From Octopus sinensis (lineage: Eukaryota): a stretch of DNA of 64,000 bases. The stretch covers positions 196,788,001 to 196,852,000 of the forward strand of contig NC_042998.1 in the NCBI RefSeq assembly GCF_006345805.1, in the 5' to 3' direction. Positions 38,304-49,962 of this stretch are shown here, piece after piece (within the stretch, counting starts at the first letter, position 1; the number at the start of each line of letters is the position of its first letter). The notes beneath the pieces were generated by a model, which was given only the letters and a program-made list of their open reading frames with translations, did no database searches and was not told where the DNA came from. The position numbers were made by a program, and so were the translations under genes.

Positions 38304-38857
38304 GAGTGAGCGAGCAGAGCATGCCATCAAAGTGACACTGGGGTAAAATATACGAAGCCCAGTATACCCATCATGACTACCCGTCTGATAAGGGTACACC
38401 AGGCACATGCATCACAACCATATGTGCCCGACATGGTGATCTCATATCAAGATAAACAGCACATGACCTTGCAGGTGGAGCCCAGTTAGAATTTTCTTCA
38501 GATCGAGTAACCCATTCCGCTCAAAAGGTCCCTGAATAAGGGTTGTTTAAGGACGTTGAACGAAACACCCATGTTTCCAGAGGTGAATTATTCAAACCCC
38601 AAAGAATCCTTCTCAACACATGGCTATGATGCTCCCCCACTACTTCTGCTCGTGATCAGAGATGCACATATCGTCAGCCACTAAGGGACATGCTCAACTG
38701 GTTAAGGTCAAACAACTGACAAGCAAATCTGTGGTATTGAGCAGAATATTTGCTGTAGCCCATCTTTTATACCAAGACAAAACAATGTACATGATAACAC
38801 TTCCAATCAGTTAAGATCAGAAGCCATGAGAGCCACTGCCTGGTACTGCATCCGGGC

Positions 38858-38858
<1 letters not shown>
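38304..38858 (-). mobile_element. 555-bp non-coding element inside (TAA)n
   Basis: Unique-complexity block bounded on both sides by long (TTA)n; no ORF; orientation inferred from the (AAT)n tail convention. Confidence 0.55.
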
Positions 38859-38902
<44 letters not shown>

Positions 38903-39710
38903 CATTATTATTATTATTAGTTTGTGGAAATAGTTTTCTTAATTTGGCAATTATCTCAGGTCCGTAATTTGATATTACTACTCACCAGCAAAAAACTATT
39001 TTTCAAAGAAGTCAGGTATTTAATTTATTCCGTCTTGACCTTCTGTGTTGACATTCTTACTACCACCCTCAGCTAGCAGTTCAAGTTTTACATAAGATTT
39101 GAGCCTCTAAAGAAAATCAAATTATTCCAAGAAGCTAATACTTGAAGCAACACGAAGATGATGATGATGATGGCTTGTGGTGGTGCTGGTGGTGGAGGAG
39201 ATGGAGGGTGTTAAAGAGAGACACGAGTACGCAGGAATTGTTATGTTTATTGAGGTGTATTTTATGCGGAGACTTAAGAAAGCAAAGTTTACATACTAAA
39301 GCCTGCAACATGGGTGTTATTGGTTAATAAAAGTGCCGTGTGTCAAATACATTGTTGGTTTGAGAAGTAATGATAATACAGTGTTTATGACTAACGTTTT
39401 ATATTTTAAACTGTTCTTCAGTTTGTGAGAGTCCTTTGACTTAATCTTTATGTTTTTCCTTATCTAAAGAGTAGCTGCTTCAAATGTACAGACGTTATTT
39501 ATGATTTTTCATGACAATAAATGCATGAAAATCAAATCCGACACATTCCAGGACATGTCACCACTCAGGTAAATGATAGCACCTTTCGGCTGTGTTTGTT
39601 TTCTGTTAGGTAAACTTTATTAAAATAGAATTCTACAATCTGTTCACCGTCATATGCCAACCCCTGTTATTGATTGCTACTCGCTACACTTTTGCTATTT
39701 CTTGTCGCAT

Positions 39711-40107
39711 TTACTCTTTTTACTTGTTTCAGTCAGTTGACTGCGGCCATGTTGGAGCACCGCCTTTAGTCGAGCAAATCGACCCCGGGACTTATTCTTT
39801 GTAAGCCCAGTACTTATTCTATCGGTCTCTTTTGCCGAACCGCCAAGTGACGGGGACGTAAACACGCCAGCATCGGTTGTCAAGCAATGCTAGGGGGACA
39901 AACACAGACACACAAACACACACACGCAAATATATACATATATACGACGGGCTTCTTTCAGTTTCCGTCTTCCAAATCTACTCACAAGGCATTGGTCGGC
40001 CCGGGGTTATAGCAGAAGACACTTGCCCAAGATGCCACGCAGTGGGACTGAACCCGGAACCATGTGGCTGGTTAGAAAGCTACTTACCACACAGCCACTC
40101 CTGCGCC
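39711..40107 (-). mobile_element. SINE A
   Basis: Full copy. Confidence 0.88.
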
Positions 40108-40444
40108 ACTATTGCATTTCAATCTGTTTTAAGGTTAGGGTTAGAGGTGGAGGAAGGGTATCTTTTTTTCTTCAGAAATGTAAATAAACCCAATCTGTTT
40201 CTTAAACGAGGGACATATTCATACGGCACAGAATGTTTTTTTTACCTCAATAGACGTCAGTGATTGGTTGAAATTGCAGAAATTGAAGAAAAAAACAACA
40301 AATATCTTACAAACGATAGAATTTTCTCAATAAAGGCAAGCGAAAAAAATGTTTTATAAACACATTCTACCAGTATACGAAGTTTAAAATTTTTTAGTTA
40401 TCTAGAAATTATGTTAAAAACTGTCGTTCAAACCGAAAAGATCC
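40108..40444. mobile_element. Merlin-like MITE missing its left end
   Basis: Matches 13025-13358, ends AAACCGAAAAGATCC. Confidence 0.8.
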
Positions 40445-40631
40445 CAGAGTAAAGTGTAAAGTGGCTTGCTGATTGATGCAAAGTCATTTTTTTCTTCTTT
40501 TTCTCAAAATTTTCATTAACTAATCGAAGGGGTATCTGCATTCATGACAGGCCCGGGTCGACTAGCCAGATCAGCACGATTGGTGTTAAGTTTCAACATC
40601 TATAGGTTGGTGTCCACAAGAAACAAAAGTA

Positions 40632-40698
40632 TGGCGGCGAGCTGCCAGAATCGTTAGCACAGCGGGCGAAATGCTTAGCAGTATTTCGTCTGTCGCTA
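40632..40698 (+). mobile_element. SINE D head running directly into the 20-bp array
   Basis: GGCGGCGAGCTGCCAGAATCGTTAGC..GTATTTCGTCTGTCGCTA. Confidence 0.85.
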
Positions 40699-41294
40699 TA
40701 AAGAAATGGGAAAGGCAATAAAGAAATAGGAAAGGCAATAAAGAAATAGGAAAGGCAATAAAGAAATAGGAAAGGCAATAAAGAAATGGGAAAGGCAATA
40801 AAGAAATAGGAAAGGCAATAAAGAAATAGGAAAGGCAATAAAGAAATAGGAAAGGCAATAAAGAAATGGGAAAGGCAATAAAGAAATAGGAAAGGCAATA
40901 AAGAAATGGGAAAGGCAATAAAGAAATAGGAAAGGCAATAAAGAAATGGGAAAGGCAATAAAGAAATGGGAAAGGCAATAAAGAAATGGGAAAGGCAATA
41001 AAGAAATAGGAAAGGCAATAAAGAAATAGGAAAGGCAATAAAGAAATGGGAAAGGCAATAAAGAAATAGGAAAGGCAATAAAGAAATAGGAAAGCAATAA
41101 AAGAAATAGGAAAGGCAATAAAGAAATGGGAAAGGCAATAAGAAATAGGAAAGCAATAAAAGAAATAGGAAAGGCAATAAAGAAATGGGAAAGGCAATAA
41201 AGAAATAGGAAAGGCAATAAAGAAATAGGAAAGGCAATAAAGAAATAGGAAAGGCAATAAAGAAATGGGAAAGGCAATAAAGAAATGGGAAAGG
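40699..41294. repeat. 20-bp minisatellite, 30 units of AAAGAAAT(A/G)GGAAAGGCAAT
   Basis: Direct count; two or three units carry 1-bp indels. Confidence 0.97.
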
Positions 41295-41337
41295 TGCACC
41301 CACATTCAAGTTTTCATAACTGTAGCTTTAAGTTAGT

Positions 41338-41729
41338 GGAGGCGCAATGGCCCAGTGGTTAGGGCAGCGGACTCGCGGTCATACGATCGTGGTTTCGATT
41401 CCCAGACCGGGCGTTGTGAGTGTTTATTGAGCGAAAACACCTAAAAAAGCTCCACGAGGCTCCGGCAGGGGATGCTGGTGATCCCTGCTGTACTCTTTCA
41501 CCACAACTTTCTCTCACTCTTACTTCCTGTTTCTATTGTACCTGTATTTCAAGGGGCCGGCCTTGTCACTCTCTGTGTCACACTGAATATCTCCGAGAAC
41601 TACGTTAAGGGTACACGTGTCTGTGGAGTGCTCAGCCACTTACACGTTAATTTCACGAGCAGGCTGTTCCGTTGATTCGGATCAACCGGAACCCTCGTCG
41701 TCGTAACCGACGGAGTGCTTCCATCCATC
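41338..41729 (+). mobile_element. SINE B1
   Basis: TSD AGCTTTAAGTT. Confidence 0.9.
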
Positions 41730-41987
41730 CAGCTTTAAGTTTGCATTATGGTTGGGTAGTTCACTGTATTGTATCCCTGATCATGATATACTAAATGTTC
41801 AGTCAACATAGCTCTAAGCATCACAGTCGTTATATAGTTTCATAATTGAAAGTAGCAGTAACACTGTAAAATTGACGAGTGTTTTGGTAGCCGTATTGTG
41901 TAATTTGATCTGAGTTGAAGTGGTTTTGAGGCTTTTATGAGAAAATCTCGTCTTTGCGATGTAATTATAGTTATGTTACATAACTAT

Positions 41988-42588
41988 AAGGCGGCGAGCT
42001 GGCAGAAACGTTAGCGCGCCGGACGAAATACTTAGCGGTATTTCGTCTGTCGTTACGTTCTGAGTTCAATTTCCGCCGGGGTCGACTTTGCCTTTCATCC
42101 TCTCGGGGTCGATAAATAAAGTACCAGTTACGCACTGGGGTCGATGTAATCGACTTAATACCTATGTCTGTCATTGTTTGTCCCCTCTGTGTGTAGCCCC
42201 TTGTGGGTAATAAAGAAATAGGTATTTCGTCTGCCGTTACGTTCTGAGTTCAAATTCCACTGAGGTCGACTTTGCCTTTCGTCCTTTCGGGGTCGATAAA
42301 TAAAGTACCAGTTACGCACTGGAGTCGATGTAATCGACTTTATCCGTTTGTCTGTCCTTGTTTGTCCCCTCTGTGTTTAGTCCCTTGTGGGTAGTAAAGA
42401 AATAGGTATTTCGTCTGCCGTTACGTTCTGAGTTCAAATTCCGCCGAGGTCGACTTTGCCTTTCATCCTTTCGGGGTCGATAAATTAAGTACCAGTTACG
42501 CACTGGGGTCGATGTAATCGACTTAATCCGTTTGTCTGTCCTTGTTTGTCCCCTCTATGTTTAGCCCCTTGTGGGCAATAAAGAAATA
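41988..42588 (+). mobile_element. SINE D trimer
   Basis: Head + 3 units; TSD ATAGTTAT(G/A)TTACATA at 41967-41982 and 42590-42605. Confidence 0.9.
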
Positions 42589-43484
42589 CATAGTTATATT
42601 ACATATGTGGGATCGCTAAAGAAAGTTTATCAGGCACTGCAAGGGATAGCATTTGTAACGACTTGGATACTTCTCTCTTCATGTTGTCCTAGGCAGGATA
42701 CGAACTTGTGTCTTTGATACGAATCGCAAGCGTGTCTTCTTTTGGTCTGCAGCAAAATACAAAGATAAATTAATTGTCTTATCTTCATTAACAATGCTCT
42801 TAAGATCTCTGTTTACAGAGATAGGGTACATTCCTAGAGATACACTTCACTTCTAAATTCTGCAAGACAGACACCACCTACGGTTATTCTCTGTCAAGTT
42901 TCACAGTAAATTCATGTTTCCTTGTATTTCGTGTCTTCCGTACTTTGTGGTCATCTTCATCTTCGCCGCTGCTAATATCTGTTTGTTCGTCATCAACCCT
43001 GCGATTGAACGGCCTGCTAAAAATAGCAGTCAGATTTTCCTCCTCGATTCACACTATTTGCTGTTCTAAAAGTGGAACGGCAGCACTTTCTACAATGTAG
43101 TCGTAGTATACAAAAAGACGGGATGGTCGCATCTTCTCTCCCTCCCACACCCTTGTCTGTCTGTCTGTCTGTCTGCCTGTCTGTCTCTGTCTCTCTGTCT
43201 CTCTGTCTCTCTGTCTCCCTTCTTCCCCTCCCCTTCCATGCAAGCGCGACGTTTGGTATTACTCAAGCATCGGTTTCCACTTGGACGAACGACGCGACGA
43301 AGTACGACCAAATAATTTGGGTGTCTTAATTGCTGTTCTTATTGTTGTGGTTATCATTGCTGTTATGGCAATATCCAGTTTCTCCTTCAACTACGACAGG
43401 CTTTTACACAAACAGCCTTATACGTAGACACAAACACAAGCGCGCGCACACACACTTGCATGCATAAACATATCTCATTGTATC

Positions 43485-43533
<49 letters not shown>

Positions 43534-43537
<4 letters not shown>

Positions 43538-43725
43538 AGGGTTTACGAAAGAAAACAAAAGACGAAGACAGGTGGTGTACAAAACAAACAGATGTAATTA
43601 GTATAACGCTCAGGAATTGATAAAGTCTTTTACGTTTCGAGCCTACGCTCTTCTACAGAAAGGGATACAGAAAAAAACAAGGAGAGAAAAAAAAATGTGT
43701 GTAGTGGCTAATGATCCATCATGGC
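43534..43725 (-). mobile_element. Penelope-like terminal fragment with a minimal hammerhead
   Basis: Minus strand CTTT-CTGTAGA-AGAGCGTAGGCTC-GAAAC-GTA-AAAG at 43627-43662. Confidence 0.65.
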
Positions 43726-43730
43726 GACTG

Positions 43731-43771
<41 letters not shown>

Positions 43772-43901
43772 CTATATAAATTCATATATACATACAAATA
43801 TACATATATGCATATAAGATATACATGTGCATCTATATTCACGCGCATACACACACACACATCTCTGTGCATGTATACACATATATAATATATATGAATA
43901 T

Positions 43902-43933
<32 letters not shown>

Positions 43934-44297
43934 GTGGGTGAATGAGTGTATTATGATGACTGACAAATAATCAGACAGAATTAGTTTAGAGAGAGAGATA
44001 GCTTGTTTGACACTGGAGAACATTTTGTATTGCAATTAAGGATTTTTGGGGATTGTGAGAGTGGTTTGCATCAAATAATTAACAGTTGTTTCTGCTGTTG
44101 TTCCAGATAGAAAGTTCAGACCTTTCATCGTGAAGTTAAATAATGTAAATTATTCAGTTATTGAAAATATTGCTGTAACAGTATTTTGAAACATAGGACA
44201 ATTCTTTTTATGTAGTAATAGTAATTTTGGCAATACTTCGCCGGCTACAAAGCAAAGTTTAATGACGAAGGATAAAGAAAATGAAATATTAACAGGT

Positions 44298-44705
44298 TAA
44301 GGCGGCGAGCAGGCAGAAACGTTAGCAGGCAGAAAAGGGCGCAATACTTTTGCAGTATTTCGTCTGCCGTTACGTTGTGAGTTCAAATTCCGCCGAGGTC
44401 GACTTTGCCTTTCACCCTTTCGGGGTCGATAAATTAAGTACCAGTTACGCACTGGGGTCGATGAATTCGACTTAATCCGTTTGTCTGTCCTTGTTTGTCC
44501 TCTCTGTGTTTAGCCCCTTGTGGGTAGTAAAGAAATAGGTATTTCGTCTGCCACTACGTTCTGAGTTCAAATTCCGCCGAGGTCGACTTTGCCTTTCATC
44601 CTTCGGAGTCGATAAATTAAGTACCAGTTGCGTACTGCGGTTGATCTAATTGACTGCCTCCCTCCATCCAAATTTCGGACCTTGTGTCTAAAGTAGAAAA
44701 GATTA
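44298..44705 (+). mobile_element. SINE D head-unit-D' composite
   Basis: Junction AAGAAATA|GGTATTTC; D' tail CCTTGTGTCTAAAGTAGAAAAG. Confidence 0.85.
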
Positions 44706-45039
44706 TGTTGTGAGTTTAAATTCCGCCGAGCTCGACTTGACCTTTCATCTTTTCGGGGTCAATAAAATAAGTACCAGTTGAACATTAGGGTCGAAGCAAT
44801 CGATTAACCACCCCACCCGAATTTCTGACTATGTGCCAAAATTTGAAAGCAATATTAAAAGGATGGTCGTTAAGGGTATTGACTACTTTTGCCACCAAAT
44901 AGTATATATTTCCTTATATGCAATTGTTCCTTTCTGTGCGCGCGCGCAATTTTGCCCTTACATTGTGTATAGTGTGTTTGTAGGAATTTACAAGTCTTCA
45001 TTGACATCAAACACTTCCAATAGATCAAAACAGACTTCG

Positions 45040-45382
45040 AATCTTTTCTCCTTGACCGGCAGATTTTTAAAATAATTTCTTTGTAACTAAACACTTTTAA
45101 ACTTCGTATACTGGTAGAATGTGTTACATAAAACATCTTTTTCTCTTGGCGTTCTTGAGAAAATTCTGTAGTTTGTAAGCTATTTGTTGTTAAATTTCTC
45201 GTATTTCGGCAATTTCAACCAATCAATGATGTCACATAGCTTACAAACTACAGAATTTTCTCAAGAACGCCAAGAGAAAAAGATGTTTTATGTGACACAT
45301 TCTACCAGTATACGAAGTTTAAAAGTGTTTAGTTACAAAGAAATTATTTTTTAAATCTGCCGGTTAAAGTGAAAAAAATCTC
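45040..45382. mobile_element. Foldback derivative of the Merlin-like MITE
   Basis: ~140-bp inverted arms, as at 31348-31709. Confidence 0.8.
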
Positions 45383-45438
45383 AGACTTCCACCTTTTTCT
45401 CCTTCAAATCGGGTGTTAGCTACCGAGGTACCCACATA

Positions 45439-45755
45439 GAAGGCGCGTAGTTTAATGACTAGGGGATTGGGGTCACGATCGTAAGGTCGTGAGTTCGATT
45501 CCCGGCAGCGCCTTGTGTCCGTGAGCAAGACACTTTATTTCTCGTTGCTCCAGTCCACTCGGCTAGCAAAAATTGAATAGTACCCGTAATTCAAAGAGCC
45601 AGCGTTGTCACATTCTGTGTTATGCTGATCCTCCCTGTGAACTACTTTAAGGGTATGCGTGTCTTTGGAGTACTCAACCACTTGCACGTTAATTTTACGA
45701 GCAAGTTCTTCCATTGGTCGAATCAACTGGAACACTCATCGTCGTAACCGCCGGA
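45439..45755 (+). mobile_element. Diverged SINE with C head and B1 tail
   Basis: Same layout as 21417-21734. Confidence 0.75.
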
Positions 45756-45833
45756 AAACCTGGTACCCACTTTGCACATTCTCCGATACTCAATGTCTTC
45801 CACCACCACCACCTGGAATACATTGTCATCATA

Positions 45834-46250
45834 TATTTCTTTACTGCCCACAAGGGGCTAAACACAGAGGAGACAAACAAGGACAGACAAACGGATTAAG
45901 TTGATTATATCGACCCCAGTGCGTAACTGGTACTTAATTTATCGACCCCGAAAGGATGAAAGGCAAAGTCGACCTCAGCGGAATTTGAACTCAGAACGTA
46001 ACGGCAGACGAAATACCTATTTTTTTACTACCCACATGGGGCTAAACACAGAGAGGACAAACAAGGACAGACAAACGGATTAAGTCGATTACATCGACCC
46101 CAGTGCGTAACTGGTACTTATTTAATCGATCCCGAAAGGATGAAAGGCAAAGTCGACCTCGGCAGAATTTGAACTCAGAACGTAGCGGCAGACGAAATAC
46201 CGCTAAGCATTTCGCCCAGCGTGCTAACGATTCTGCCAGCTCGCCACCTT
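45834..46250 (-). mobile_element. SINE D dimer
   Basis: TSD ATACATTGTCAT(C/T)ATA at 45818-45833 and 46251-46266. Confidence 0.9.
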
Positions 46251-46775
46251 ATACATTGTCATTATAGCCGAATTCTACAGCAAGCTCACAGATTGTGACA
46301 CGTTTGTTCATGCGAATCAGTTCGGCCATCCTTTCGGGGTCGATTTATGTCAGTGGTCGTAGCTGATGGCCTACCATTGCGTAGTCTGTTTTCAATGCTG
46401 TTTTTTTCTTCTTCCTTATATTTCATTCCTCTATGCATGTTTCCCTCGTCTCTTGTCATCTCCTTAGACAACCTGTAACCTTCTGTGGATGTCGGAGAAG
46501 CTACACCTCCCCATCAAGGACTTAATGATGGCTCATTGCATCCCGCTTGGAACCCATTGTTTGCCTGCAATAAAGAAAAGCAGAAGAGTTACTAGAGAGG
46601 ATGTTGTACTCTCCCAACGACCAATGTCAGTTCAACTCTCGTACGCACACACATATACACATGTCTGCCTGCCTGCCTGTCTGTCTGTCTGTCAGTCTGT
46701 CTGTATGTATGTATGTGTGTATGTGTGTATGTGTGTGTGTTTGTGTATGTGTGTGTATGTATGTATGTATGTATG

Positions 46776-46928
46776 TAGGGAGAGTTTACGAAAAAAACAA
46801 AAGACGAAGACATGTGGTGTACAAAACAAACAGATGTATTAGTATAACGCTCAGGAATTGAAAGTCTTTTACGTTTCGAGCCTACGCTCTTCTGTAGAAA
46901 GGGACACAGAAAAAAAACAAGGAGAGAA
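46776..46928 (-). mobile_element. Penelope-like terminal fragment with a mutated hammerhead
   Basis: Copy of 43534-43690; core reads CTACAGA at 46866-46901. Confidence 0.65.
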
Positions 46929-47921
46929 TGTATGTAAACTTATGTGTGTGCGGATGGTAGATCCACGCACACACGGCAGCACATCGAAAAAAAAACGTAT
47001 TTAGTTGCAATTATTTACGTTTGAAGTAAGCTCAAATCGGAGATCAACTTTATCATTCAACCTACCGGAGTTGATAAAATAAAGTCCTAGTTATGTGGTA
47101 GGTTGATCTAATCGGCTGTTTCCACCCACAGCATTTTGCCTTCTGCATGAATTAGCTCAAAGCCACCAATATTAGCAGTGAAGTGAACACTTGATTAACT
47201 CGACTTTCCTTACCTATTCAGTCAAGCACGGAGAGATGAAAGACAGGTTGAGTTTGGTAGAATTTGAACTACCAACGTGTAACTAAATACAAAGCATTGT
47301 GTCCGACTTCGTGTCGTCGTCTCCTGTCACTCACCAGCCTTGTAACGATAATATTTGGTAACTGATGTCTTTTTTGCATGACTCGTGCGTTTTTCAAAGC
47401 AATTTAATGGAAGAAGCGAGGTAATACGGACTCTTTTCTGTAATAATGAGATGTTTTATAGGAAACCGACATATTTTCAGGTGATGAAATGTTTTAAAGA
47501 CAAGTGTATCATTACTTCAATATTTATTCAACAGTTGTAAAGTTCACATTTATCAATGCCTTGTGAAAAACCAGCGTTTTCGCTTGATAATCTCCTAAGC
47601 ATCAGAACGTCAAGAAAACATAAATATATATAAATAAAAGTACTCTTGGTCTTCGATATTAAAGCTAGGAGGTTGCGTTCACGTGATATTATGAATAAGG
47701 TTAAAAACCACTAAAAGGAATAAATTTACAAACAAAAAAGGAGTTAAACAGAATAGTCGTCTATTGGTGAAAGAGTTTATTAGTTTGCTTTATGTTTAGT
47801 TTCGTACTTTTTGGTTAGTTATACCTTGTATAACTATTTTTAGACCCTGTCGTCTGTTGCATTTTAATGAATTTTGGTTTTGCAGTCTTTCGTATTATCT
47901 CGAGCTTCAAGAAGAAGAAGA

Positions 47922-48022
<101 letters not shown>

Positions 48023-48061
48023 CAGCAGCAGCAGCAGCGGCAGTGGCGGGCAGCAGCAACA

Positions 48062-48600
48062 GGAGGCGTATGGCCCAGTGGTTAGGGCAGCGGATTCACG
48101 GTTTCGATTCCCAGACCGTGCGTTGTGTGTGTTTATTGAGTGAAAACACCTAAAGCTCCACGAGGCTCCAGCTTTCTCTCACTCTTTCTTCCTGTTTCTT
48201 GTCCCAGACTTCCTACGCAACCGCTGAGACTGGATGCGCATTCATCCATCCGTCGATGCTCTCGGTTGACCATCTTTCTCTACTGCGGGTCTTACGAATA
48301 GCAAAGCACCACGTTTCGGACTTCTCCCATCTTGCGAGTTCTGGGACGAAGACCGTTTGCTCAACAGCATCAACAGCAGCTGTCCAAGAATTTGGACCTG
48401 GAGATCACCATTTCCAGCGACTTCGAGGGCCACCTCCCAGTAGTGTCGGGTGTCAACAAAGAGCCCTCAACTACAACAAGACGACCAAAGTCCCCCCCCC
48501 AAAGTCTGGGGCTCTCCCGCCCCTAAGCCATAGACCATCACCTAATCACCCTTACCCGTCTTGTTGCTTAACAACAACAACAACAGCAGCAGCAGCAGCA
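48062..48600 (+). mobile_element. Composite of a deleted SINE B2 and module F
   Basis: B2 to ~48365, then the same sequence as 32930-33175. Confidence 0.75.
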
Positions 48601-48807
48601 ATAGTAGTAATAGTAGCGGCAGTCCTTAGCCAGCAGGGTTATGATCAAAGACATTCCAGCTGTTACCATCCAGTATTTAATTTAAAACAGTTTGCATTCA
48701 AGATCTCATTATGCAATCTATTCCTTTCCAGACGATGAGGTGTGAGGGAGATTTTACTGCTATTTCTAGCAGGGCTAGTGAGTTACTGGAAGTAAAAATC
48801 GAATAGC

Positions 48808-49221
48808 TTACTCTTTACTCTTTTAATTGTTTCAGTCATTTGACTGTGGCCATGCTGGAGCACCGCCTTTAGCCGAGCAAATCGACCCCAGGACTTATTC
48901 TTTGTAAGCCTAGTACTTATTCTATCGGTCTCTTTTGCCGAACTGCTAAGTTACGGGGACGTAAACACACCAGCATCGGTTGTCAAGCGATTTTTGGGAG
49001 GGGGGCAAACAGACACAGAAACACACATACATATATATATATATATACATACATACATATATACGACGGGTTTCTTTCAGTTTCCGTCTACCAAATCCAC
49101 TCACAAGGCTTTGGTCGGCCCGAGGCTATAGCAGAAGACACTTGCCCAAGGTGCCACGTAGTGAGACTGAACCCGGAACAATGTGGTTCGTAAGCACGCT
49201 ACTTACCACACAGCCACTCCT
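48808..49221 (-). mobile_element. SINE A
   Basis: Full copy. Confidence 0.88.
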
Positions 49222-49716
49222 AGCTTGTGGAACTGAAAAAATTTTCCAAAGAATATTAGTTCTGTCAACATGTCTGCTAATACGCTGTGCTGTGTACGTT
49301 TCCACTATAACATTTCAGTGGGGACACCGAATCATCGAAGAGAAATAACGGGAGGCAAAGTAATTTTAATGATTTTTGTCTGTAAACTTTTGTGTTCTCC
49401 TGGTCGTCTTTGAACAAATTCTCTGAATCAAACTTCTTGTAGAGATGCTTTAATCGGATCTTTTCGGTTTGAACGGCAGTTTTTAACATAATTTCTAGAT
49501 AACTAAAACATTTTAAACTTGTAGAGTTGTAGAGTGTCAACAACTCTACAACATTTATTGAGCACTCCTCACGCTCGTTCGTTATATAATAAATATTGTG
49601 TAAATATATATATATATATATAAATGGAGAGAAAGAGAAGAGTATATTATGTATGTATGTATAATCTGAATTTGACACACACACTCAAATGCTCATAGAT
49701 ATATACATAGTCATAC

Positions 49717-49788
<72 letters not shown>

Positions 49789-49916
49789 ATGTATGTTATA
49801 TATGTACATATTGAAAAGGAGCAATCGCAGAGTAAAACGTGAAGTAATTTGGCATATTTTCTTTCTGTAAATACTACCTTTTATGCCTGATAGGAATTTA
49901 TCACACACATACACAC

Positions 49917-49962
<46 letters not shown>

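Noticed and set aside
40586-41309. CRISPR-like array, or 190-240 aa hydrophobic ORFs
   Set aside because: Units are contiguous with no unique spacers, there are no cas genes and the context is eukaryotic; the ORFs arise from a stop-free 20-bp repeat
43534-46928. Two same-orientation Penelope-like ends as pseudo-LTRs of one 3.4-kb element
   Set aside because: The interval holds only microsatellites, SINEs and a MITE, with no RT or GIY-YIG remnant, so independent insertions are more likely
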